A DNA stretch of 64,000 nucleotides from positions 276,566-340,565 of the forward strand of contig CAWHAA010000002.1 in assembly GCA_963827275.1 (NCBI GenBank). The letters run 5' to 3'. Below are positions 54,743 through 63,082 of this stretch, in pieces (the first letter of the stretch is position 1; each line of letters begins with the position of its first letter). Below the pieces are notes generated by a model. That model had not been told where the DNA came from and did not search any database. It was given only the letters and a program-made list of their open reading frames with translations. The DNA comes from an uncultured Spirochaetota bacterium. GTDB taxonomy: Bacteria; Spirochaetota; UBA4802; UBA5550. The position numbers and the translations under genes are program-made.

Positions 54743-56755
54743 TCAGTTGCTGTCCCCATACTCCCCATCCTTGCCGGGGTTCCCCGCTGATGCCCCTCCC
54801 GTTCCTCCCGTCCCGGGGATTACCCTGGTGACGGTTATTATCACCGATGACGATACGCTGCTTTTGTATATCGCGAAGGAAGGGCCGCCCGCGCCGCCGC
54901 CGCCGCTGCCCCCGTTCTTGCCATAGCCTCCCGCGCCGCCGTTACCCCCGGCGCCAATCTCATCCGTTCCGTAGGTGGCGCCGGTGCCGCCACCGCCGCC
55001 TGCCGCTCCCGCGCCGCCGCCGCCTCCGGAACCGCCGTTGCCGCCGTTGCCGCTCGTGATATCGCACTCGGTGACGTAGACGAAAGAACCGATCAGGAAA
55101 AGGCCGAGAGACGCGCCGCCGCCGGTTCCGCCGACGCCGCCAACGCCGCCCCCGCCGCCCCCACCGCCGCTGCCGCCGCCGTTGCCGGTGCCGTCAGAAG
55201 AAAACGCGGTGTCAACGACATCCTGGCCGCTGCCGCCCCCGCCGCCCCCGCCGCCGTTGCCGGCATCGCCGTCCGCTCCATCGACTCCGGAGGATGACAC
55301 CCAGAGGTTGTTTACAACAGAGCCCGAGGAACCGCCCGCTCCGTTTGCGCCGATGCTCGCGCCGTCAAGCCCGTTTGCGCCATTGCTCCCCGGCTCGCCC
55401 GTATAGCACCACACTGAATCACATACGCCTCCCAAGCCACCCGCAGACCCGACAAGTCCCACACCGCCATCATCGCCGTCATCACTGCTGTATCCTCCGT
55501 TGCCTCCCTTGCCGCCCGTCCTTGGCACCTGGGTCGTGTAGAGAGCGCCGATGTTGCCGCCTTCTCCGCCGGCATACCCCAAGCCGTTTCTATGATGATC
55601 TTTAGACCCGTCCTGGCCGTCTGTTCCTCTGTCACCGGCACGGCCGTTCGCTCCGTTGGCACCTTCCTGGCCCGGTGCCCCGTTACCGGACGCAATAATG
55701 CAGCCTTTGATCTCCGCGCTGCTGTTGATCAGGCGCACTCCGTATGAGCCTGTTCCTGCCATGGTTGCGTTCGCGCTGAAGATGCTGAGCCCGTCAAGGA
55801 CGACGCCGTGTACGCCGTTACCGTCAACCGCAATGGTGCCGCCCCGTATTCTGCTCTCAAAGGAGGCCGTATTGCGCACCCATGTGCCGGGATCAAAGCC
55901 GCCGTAGATGCCAACCCCGCTCGCCAGGGTCACGCTTTCGTCATACTCGCCCGCGCTCACGTACACGTCGCAGCCCAGCTCCAGGCCCGCGATGACCGCG
56001 GCCTGGACATGACGTTTGGGCAGAGATCGGTCAGTCCCCTCGTTGGCGTCGTTACCGGTTGTCGCGACAAAGATGCCGGCGCCTGGCTTTATACTGACAT
56101 ATATATACACGCGGTCCGGCAGGCTGTTTCCGGAGCCGTCATCCACCTGAAGATCGTACGCGATCGTGCACACTTCAGACGGGGCGGTAAAGCTGGGGTT
56201 GACGCCCGTGAGCGTGCCCGTGCCGATCCTCGGCCCGTGTATCTGGGTCCAGGTATAGGTGAGGGGGTCGCCTTCGGGATCGGTGCTGCCGCTCCCGTCC
56301 AGCATCACGATGTCGCCGGAGCCCACCTCCTGCCCGGCTCCCGCTTCCGCCATGGGCCCCTGGTTGATTGAGACATTGATGGTCACCATGTCCGACGCCT
56401 TGTGCGAGCCGTCATTCACGGTGAGCATGATTTCGTAGGTCCCGACCGTGTCAAAGGTGAACAGGGTCGTGACCGCGGAAGGGTCGGCAAATGAGGCGGC
56501 GCTTCCCGCGGGTTGATATACCATTTCCCATGTATAGGCAAGGTCCCCTCCGTCGGGGTCCGAGCTCCCCGACCCGTTGAGATCGACGCTGCCGGCGTAC
56601 AGGTACACGTTCTGGTCGTCGCCGGCATCGGCGACCGGCGGCCGGGTCAGAGACCCCACCATCAGTCCATGCCGGTCGCTTTCATAATCGCAAACGGTAA
56701 TGATACTGCACGCCATGATTGCCGCGAACATAGCGAAGTTGTTACGATGTTTCAT
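54743..56755 (-). CDS. Polyglycine-rich surface lipoprotein A
   Basis: IITVC lipobox-like site, 2x PKD, DUF1565-like motif, Gly-rich C-half. Confidence 0.8.
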   Translation of the reverse strand: MKHRNNFAMFAAIMACSIITVCDYESDRHGLMVGSLTRPPVADAGDDQNVYLYAGSVDLNGSGSSDPDGGDLAYTWEMVYQPAGSAASFADPSAVTTLFTFDTVGTYEIMLTVNDGSHKASDMVTINVSINQGPMAEAGAGQEVGSGDIVMLDGSGSTDPEGDPLTYTWTQIHGPRIGTGTLTGVNPSFTAPSEVCTIAYDLQVDDGSGNSLPDRVYIYVSIKPGAGIFVATTGNDANEGTDRSLPKRHVQAAVIAGLELGCDVYVSAGEYDESVTLASGVGIYGGFDPGTWVRNTASFESRIRGGTIAVDGNGVHGVVLDGLSIFSANATMAGTGSYGVRLINSSAEIKGCIIASGNGAPGQEGANGANGRAGDRGTDGQDGSKDHHRNGLGYAGGEGGNIGALYTTQVPRTGGKGGNGGYSSDDGDDGGVGLVGSAGGLGGVCDSVWCYTGEPGSNGANGLDGASIGANGAGGSSGSVVNNLWVSSSGVDGADGDAGNGGGGGGGGSGQDVVDTAFSSDGTGNGGGSGGGGGGGGVGGVGGTGGGASLGLFLIGSFVYVTECDITSGNGGNGGSGGGGGAGAAGGGGGTGATYGTDEIGAGGNGGAGGYGKNGGSGGGGAGGPSFAIYKSSVSSSVIITVTRVIPGTGGTGGASAGNPGKDGEYGDSN

Positions 56756-56778
56756 CGCGCCCATTTCCTTTTTGTGAT

Positions 56779-57666
56779 CTACCTTTCCTGAATATCCTTT
56801 TCCGCTTCTTTCTGTCCGGTAATTTTCGGTTTCTGGGCGTCTTTTGCCGGCGCAGCCTGCTTCTGGAGACTGTTGTCCGGCGCCTGCTGTTCCGTTTTTT
56901 CTTTATCCGGATTTTCCTGCTTCATGGTTTCCTTTTGCGTGGACTGTTGTTTTTTAATCTCCTTTTCCGGAAGCAGCATGAGGTGCCTTTGCAGATTCTG
57001 ATCGCTTTCCTGTTTGACCCTGAATAAAATTCCCACGGACAGATAGCAGTTGAGTGAATTCATGTAATCCAGGTTGTCCTGGGGCGCGGCCCATTCGTAT
57101 GTGAGGCCGCATTCGAAAAAGAAAGACATCAATCTGTTAAAATTGTAGTTCAATCCAAGAACGACGCCCGGAACAAAAAACCGGGGGAAAAAGATATTGC
57201 TGTTCATGCTTGAAAGATTGTTGGGATAATAGAAGGCGGATATGCTGAACCCGGCCCATGCGCGGAATACATTGTTCCGGAAGAACGCAAAGCCGAATGT
57301 ATTTTTAAGGCTCAGTCGAAAGGCATGGCCCTGAGACATGTCGGTCTTGTAATTATATTCCGCCCAGATTATATCAGGCGCTTTCGGATATCTGAATTCA
57401 TCAAATCCCAGCTGCAGCCTGTAGTTGAACAGGTAATCGTCCCCCATGCAGGTGTCGAACACTACACCCGCGCCGATTAAATAATTTGTGCCTTTGAAAT
57501 AGTAATCGATGTAAACGGGCGGCGGTGAGTAAAAATAATATTTTTTTACTCTGGATTCCCCGATGCCGCCGCTGAAATACGCGCCGATACCATGAGCGGA
57601 AAGCGGCGTGGAAAAACTGGTCAGAGCGAGGCAGGTGAGCGCGATTAATAACAGCCTGGTCTTCAA
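56779..57666 (-). CDS. Small outer-membrane beta-barrel protein with Q/K/E-rich tail
   Basis: AAGGAG RBS plus TTG start, signal peptide (LSA), aromatic amphipathic strands ending SVGILF. Confidence 0.7.
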   Translation of the reverse strand: MKTRLLLIALTCLALTSFSTPLSAHGIGAYFSGGIGESRVKKYYFYSPPPVYIDYYFKGTNYLIGAGVVFDTCMGDDYLFNYRLQLGFDEFRYPKAPDIIWAEYNYKTDMSQGHAFRLSLKNTFGFAFFRNNVFRAWAGFSISAFYYPNNLSSMNSNIFFPRFFVPGVVLGLNYNFNRLMSFFFECGLTYEWAAPQDNLDYMNSLNCYLSVGILFRVKQESDQNLQRHLMLLPEKEIKKQQSTQKETMKQENPDKEKTEQQAPDNSLQKQAAPAKDAQKPKITGQKEAEKDIQER

Positions 57667-57937
57667 GATATAGCTCCTTATCTGCGTGAAAAAATGTCAT
57701 CAACGCAAAAGCACGGGTCCGGGATTGAATACGCCAAATTTTCCGTTCCGCCGCATGGTGATGCGTGGTCCCGGTTCCCGGCCATGCGATATAACAACAT
57801 CGGAATTGGATTGCCATCCCGTGACGGACCCCATGACAACATCCCGCGGGAGTCCTGGACATGGAATATGATCACGTAACCATAAAAACATATGTAAATT
57901 TTTAATAAAGAAAATTTTACCGGCGCGGCGGCAGGCC

Positions 57938-57975
57938 GGGAATGAACTGTGCGTCAAGGGGAATGAACTGTGCGT
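57938..57975 (-). promoter_or_regulatory. LytTR-type operator: 17-bp direct repeat with 21-bp period
   Basis: Minus strand ACGCACAGTTCATTCCC twice; core ACAGTTCAT-N12-ACAGTTCAT fits [TA][AC][CA]GTTN[AG][TG]. Confidence 0.85.
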
Positions 57976-57979
57976 GATA

Positions 57980-60838
57980 TTAAATTTTTTTTCTCAGGCT
58001 CTCGAGATATGCCGGGCCAACCGGGAGCTCCGTGTAAACATTGTCGCGGAGGCGTACCCGGTAGCGTCCTGAACGCACGTGGGAGATGCTGTGGACGTAA
58101 TTGATGTTGATGATATGGCTTTTATGGATCCTGAGGAACATGTCCGGCGGGAACCGCTCGATGATCTCCTTCATCATCGCGGGCACCTCGACGTCGCCGG
58201 CGGCGGTGTGTATCACGCTGTTCTTCGAATGCGACGTGATGCGGATGATGTCGCTGAACTTGAAGGAATACGCCCTGTTCCAGCCGCGGATGGTGATGCC
58301 TTCGGCGGTCGATCTCCGTATGTTCCTGAGCTTCAGCATCGTGCCCACTCGCGCGAGGAGCTCCCGTATCCTGAAGGGCTTCACGATGTAATCGTTCGCC
58401 CCGGCATCGAAGGCGGCGTTGATGTCGGCCATCATGTTCTTTGCGGTGAGCATTATCACCGGGAGCTCCTCCGGGGAGCGGCTGGCGCGTATCCTTTTAC
58501 ACACGTCGTACCCTGACATGGCCGGCATCATGATGTCGAGGAGCACCAGGTCGATGGCGTTGTCCCGATCGATGATGTCGAGGGCGCGTATTCCGTCGCT
58601 CGCGGTTTTCACGACACAGCGTTTTGATTCGAAATAGTTCTGTATCACCCGTATGCAGACCGGGTCGTCGTCGACGACGAGAATCACCGGGTTGCCGTCG
58701 AGGGCGACGTCGTACGTCCCGGCCCCCGCCTGCGCTTCGCCCGCCTGCGGCGTGTCGTCCATGCCCCCGATGATGACCGGCTCCGGAACGTCGGGCGCGG
58801 GGCCATTTGAAACGGGCAGGGTGAAGGTGAACACGGAGCCGCCGCCCGCTCCCGGCGCGACAGTAATGGCGCCGTTGTGCAGCTCCACGATCTGCTTCAC
58901 TATGGTGAGCCCCAGGCCCGTGCCCGGATATGCGCGCGTGTCGCCGCCGTCCGCCTGCCGGTACGGCTCGAATATCTTTTCCCTGAATTCGTCCGGGACG
59001 CCGATGCCCGTGTCCGACACGTTGACCTCGATCATCTCTCCTGGCATCGCGTTACAGCCGTTGTCCGGCCGCTGGAGTACCCGCGCGGACAGCTCTATTG
59101 TCCCCCTGTTCGTGAATTTGATCGCGTTGCCGACGAGGTTGCACAGCACCTGCCGTATCCGGTCTTCGTCCGCGTGCGCCGCGGGAGTGCCCGGCGCGAT
59201 GGTGTTTATGATCTTCAGCGACTTTCCCCCGACGAGCGGCAGTGAAAGCTTCACGACCATTTCGCTCAGCGAGTGCAGATCAACGGGCCGCAGGTTCAGG
59301 CTCAGGCCCTCGTCCTGTATCTTCGCCATGTCCAGCAGGTCGTTGACCATGTTCGCCAGACGGTGACCGCTCGCGGCGATGAGGGAGAGGTTTTCGGCCA
59401 CCTTCGGGGTGAGGCCGCCCGCGGCTCCTTCAAGCATGGATTCCGACAGGCCGATCATGCCATGAAGGGGCGTGCGAAGCTCGTGAGAGGTGCTGGCCAG
59501 GAACTGGTCCTTGAGCCGGTCCATTTTCATGAGGGTTATGTTTTTCTCCGCGAGGTCCTCGGACAGCTCCTCCACCGTTTTGAGCGCCCTGGAATACCTC
59601 TGTGATATGATCATGGTAATCACGATACAGTGTATGACCACTCCATACTGGGTAACATTGGTGGTGTCAATCATCCACGACACGTAGAGCAGGTCATTGA
59701 TGCCCCCTATTAACAGCGGGGTAAATCCTGCAAGAAAAATTATCGCATCTTTTCTCCTGTGCACTATGGCTCTGATCAGGACAACTACACTGTAACAAAT
59801 CAAGATGAACATTATGATGAAATAAAATTTCATTATTTGCTCTGCGGTCCTGAAACCGACGGGGATAAGGACGATAAAGAATACTGCTGTTATGATAGTT
59901 ATAAGCTTAAGCAAAAATGGTGAAAAATCATAGGGGAACATCGACCTGATGGTCGTCATGTACATTGAGAAGGCCAGGATCACCGTCAGATAATTGATTA
60001 TGAGGGGATTCCGGGGATATGAAATGCAGCCGGACAGGATTGGGTAATGGTGGTTAAACGTATTTATCGCTATGGCAAGGCAGAATAATCCAAAATAGAG
60101 CGATGAGGCGTCCTGCCTCCTGAAAAAATAGAACAGGATGTTATAAATGGAAGCGAACATCAGCAGGCCGAAAACGATCATTTCTGCCGTATAGTATTGA
60201 AATTTTTTCTGTTCGAGAATTTCTTTATCGTCCAGCAGGATTGAGCTGTCAATGCCCCCCGAATCATAGTCATGGTTAAATACCTGGATGATAATCTCAT
60301 TCATGCCCTTGTTGAGGACGAAGGATGAATATCTTTTATTGTGAATGAAGATGTAATTGTCACGGAATTTCGATGTCCCGCCCACCTTTCCCATTTCATC
60401 CATCAGCGTATTATTGATCCAGAGCGTATACGCTGAATATATGCGGTGAATGGTCAGGGTTTTCGGCCTGGCGTCGGGACCGGCTATGATTGTTAATCGG
60501 TAGGTGGCGCGGCCCTTTCCGGGCAGGATCACGCCATTGACCGGGCGCCCTTCCCACGACCCGGGCACGCGTATAAATCCGCAGCCATTTTTGTCGCCCT
60601 GTGTTGAAAAATCAGACGGGCCCGGAAGGCGGTCCCAGCAGAATTCCCAATCGCCGTCAAGGCGCAGAGACCCGTCCCTTTCGAGGTTCCAGCCCCTGAG
60701 GTCAAGAACGCCTTTCACGGCGACAGGCTTTTTTGTCTTCATGGAGCCGCTGTCACACGAGGACAATGCTGGAAATATTAAAAAGAAAAGAATGGCCGGA
60801 AGCGAAACGATTTTGTTTATCGGGAGGCGCAATCTCAT
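57980..60838 (-). CDS. Hybrid sensor kinase: sugar-binding-like/7TM-DISM, HisKA, HATPase, REC, LytTR
   Basis: LDGDWEF/VPGSW/ATYRL, TM helices, SHELRTPL, NLVGNAIKFT, GTGLGL, VVDD/LLDIMMP/KPF, FLRIHKSHIININYV...LPVG. Confidence 0.9.
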   Translation of the reverse strand: MRLRLPINKIVSLPAILFFLIFPALSSCDSGSMKTKKPVAVKGVLDLRGWNLERDGSLRLDGDWEFCWDRLPGPSDFSTQGDKNGCGFIRVPGSWEGRPVNGVILPGKGRATYRLTIIAGPDARPKTLTIHRIYSAYTLWINNTLMDEMGKVGGTSKFRDNYIFIHNKRYSSFVLNKGMNEIIIQVFNHDYDSGGIDSSILLDDKEILEQKKFQYYTAEMIVFGLLMFASIYNILFYFFRRQDASSLYFGLFCLAIAINTFNHHYPILSGCISYPRNPLIINYLTVILAFSMYMTTIRSMFPYDFSPFLLKLITIITAVFFIVLIPVGFRTAEQIMKFYFIIMFILICYSVVVLIRAIVHRRKDAIIFLAGFTPLLIGGINDLLYVSWMIDTTNVTQYGVVIHCIVITMIISQRYSRALKTVEELSEDLAEKNITLMKMDRLKDQFLASTSHELRTPLHGMIGLSESMLEGAAGGLTPKVAENLSLIAASGHRLANMVNDLLDMAKIQDEGLSLNLRPVDLHSLSEMVVKLSLPLVGGKSLKIINTIAPGTPAAHADEDRIRQVLCNLVGNAIKFTNRGTIELSARVLQRPDNGCNAMPGEMIEVNVSDTGIGVPDEFREKIFEPYRQADGGDTRAYPGTGLGLTIVKQIVELHNGAITVAPGAGGGSVFTFTLPVSNGPAPDVPEPVIIGGMDDTPQAGEAQAGAGTYDVALDGNPVILVVDDDPVCIRVIQNYFESKRCVVKTASDGIRALDIIDRDNAIDLVLLDIMMPAMSGYDVCKRIRASRSPEELPVIMLTAKNMMADINAAFDAGANDYIVKPFRIRELLARVGTMLKLRNIRRSTAEGITIRGWNRAYSFKFSDIIRITSHSKNSVIHTAAGDVEVPAMMKEIIERFPPDMFLRIHKSHIININYVHSISHVRSGRYRVRLRDNVYTELPVGPAYLESLRKKI

Positions 60839-60942
60839 ATGCTGATCAGAATTTCTATATTTCCTGTTGTCAATACATTTCGTTAAAAGTGCGTTCCCGC
60901 TGCTTGTACCTGATTTTTTCAAGATTGTCGGCAAATTCATCA

Positions 60943-60979
60943 AAAAAAAAGCCCCTGATATAATCAGGGGCTTTTCTGC
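60943..60979. repeat. 37-bp direct repeat copy 2 (tRNA terminator)
   Basis: Identical to 50557-50593. Confidence 0.95.
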
Positions 60980-61022
60980 GCGCCCGGCAGGAGTCGAACC
61001 TGCGACCTACGGATTCGTAGTC
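60979..61022 (-). pseudogene. tRNA-Arg(ACG) 3' half only (att-site remnant)
   Basis: GACTACGAATCCGTAGGTCGCAGGTTCGACTCCTGCCGGGCGCG: anticodon loop, T-arm, acceptor 3' strand; no D-arm or 5' acceptor strand upstream. Confidence 0.88.
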
Positions 61023-61328
61023 GATGAATAGCAAGAGGCTTATCATTAGTGGATATTCGTTGCGATATATTATTTTATGTTGCTATGAATATCATTAAAA
61101 AACATACATATTAAACGAAAAATTAATTAAAAAAGGTTCTATTATTGGCGTATGTTGCTATTTGATTTTTTATGTGTTTTTGATTGGTCAATATTTGGTC
61201 AAATGATTTTGGGCATATTACAGGCAAGGATAAAAATATTCTGATTTGCGGGTTATTTATTAGTAAACCCTCTGTAATTTTTTATAGGATATACTCAAAA
61301 TATGAATATTAATTAAAAGGCGGTTTAT

Positions 61329-61763
61329 ATGGGATATGAATTAAAATCACTTTCTTCAGAAAAACGTTGTAAAAAATGCATTAAAGATGGAGACAATACG
61401 ATTAATTGTACTTATTGTCAGGTTGCATTTTTTACGTTCCATGTGCTCGATTGGCGGCCATTATTACTCTTGGCACAGCTGTATGGGTGGCAACCATTCG
61501 GAATTCCGAATCACGTGGGAAATAAAGTTAATGGTTATTGCGGTAATGATTGGGAGATTGTTGAAAGAGAAGATGCCTCTAATTTATCTGATGCTCTGGA
61601 AAAAGCAGTTAATGATCTCCCAGAAAGCAAAACGGTTATTCAACAAGAAAATAATGCAACTTCAAGAGAGGGGTTATTAAAGTATTTTTCTGGAATAGAA
61701 ATGAGGAATATGATAGTGAAGTTTATTGATTTTTGTCGACTCGATGGATTTATTATTTATTAG
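61329..61763 (+). CDS. AT-rich hypothetical protein
   Basis: ORF in low-GC block, CKKC and CTYC pairs near the N-terminus. Confidence 0.6.
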   Translation: MGYELKSLSSEKRCKKCIKDGDNTINCTYCQVAFFTFHVLDWRPLLLLAQLYGWQPFGIPNHVGNKVNGYCGNDWEIVEREDASNLSDALEKAVNDLPESKTVIQQENNATSREGLLKYFSGIEMRNMIVKFIDFCRLDGFIIY

Positions 61764-61808
61764 ATGAGATACGATTATTTATTTACATTTAATACTCAGG
61801 GAAATACA

Positions 61809-63070
61809 CCGCACAATTCCGCCACGCTGGGCAACCGCATACTCAAGCAGGACGGCGAGGCCGGCGTCTGCCTCGTCTGCCACAACGGCAATGTGGCGAC
61901 CGGTTCCAAGGACATCAACTACGCGCTCGACAATTCGGCGTATGTCCATCCGGGTCAAGACTACCAGCGGTCGCCACAAGCCCCAGCGCATGGCCGACGG
62001 CTACATCCGTGAGGACCAGGAGGACCTCGCCAACCGGCACGCCGAGTGCGAGGACTGCCACAACCCCCATGCGGTGTCACCCGGCGTCTCGCCCAACGTG
62101 AAAAGCGGTACGCCGACGACCAATCTCGCCGCGAACGTGCTTAGGGGCACCTGGGGCGTGGAGCCGAACAACTACCGCACGGGCGGCCTGCCGGCCTGGA
62201 CGGTGGCAGCGCAATCCGGCGGGTACACCGAGATCAACAACATCCGGCCCGGGGTCGATTACCAGTACCAGCTCTGCCTCAAGTGCCATTCCTCCTACGC
62301 CTTCGATCTGAGCCCGCCGATGTCGCCCTACAACAATCCGGCTTTGGGCATCGGTCCGGCCGGCAGCTACAATAGCGACCAGGCCAAGGAATTCAACCCC
62401 AACAACGTCTCCTTCCACCCGGTGGTCACCACGGGCAAGAATAACTTTTACAGCGAGGCGATAGGATACGACTACAGTTCTTCGCTGATCGACGGCATGA
62501 CGCCCAACAGCGTGATGGGCTGCTCCGACTGCCACTCGGACAGCCAGAATCCCTCCGGCCTCAAGGGGCCGCACGGCGCGGATTACTGGCCGATCATCTG
62601 GGGGCCTTATACAAAAAATACAGGTATGACAGGCACCCAGAACGATCTGTGCTTCAAGTGCCATGACTGGACAGTCTATGCGGAAGGCGATGCCATTGCA
62701 GCGGCCAACAAAACCGGTTTCCGGGCAGAAACCGGCTCTGGCGGGAATGTTAAAATAAAAAACATGCACATACGTCATGTTGAGGTACGCAATATGCCCT
62801 GCCTCGCCTGTCATGCGGCCGTTCCGCATGGCATGCCGCAACGCGCTTTGCTGGTCTGACGGCCGCGGTGCGTAGCAAGACGCCCGAGCCCTACAATGCG
62901 CAAAGCCAGGTTCCCATCTGCGGTACGGCTCCGGCCTGTTACAAATACGCTTGTGTTGATTCTACCGATTACGGCATCAATTCGAATGTCACCAACGTTA
63001 AGACTATCGTCAGCGGCAACTGGAAGAGAACCGACTGCCATAACGGCTCCGGCATCGGCTCTTGCGCGAG
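61809..63070 (+). CDS. Multiheme cytochrome c, 5'-truncated and frameshifted (near 61952, 62858)
   Basis: CLVCH, CEDCH, CLKCH, CSDCH, CFKCH, CLACH; 3' end uncertain. Confidence 0.8.
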
Positions 63071-63082
63071 GACTGCACTACC

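Larger units (their letters stand above)
50557..60979. mobile_element. Putative integrated island at the tRNA-Arg 3' end
   Basis: Perfect 37-bp direct repeats, the right copy abutting the tRNA fragment; no integrase inside. Confidence 0.6.

Noticed and set aside
50691..56755. Diversity-generating retroelement behind the variable loops
   Set aside because: No reverse transcriptase in the window and no template/variable repeat pair differing only at adenines
50691..56755. True mycobacterial PE-PGRS proteins
   Set aside because: No PE domain; these have lipoprotein signals and PKD domains, so similarity is compositional
57938..57975. CRISPR array
   Set aside because: Only two 17-bp units separated by 4 bp, and no cas genes
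60979..61055. Complete tRNA-Arg gene
   Set aside because: No D-arm or 5' acceptor strand; pairing fails beyond two bases of the anticodon stem
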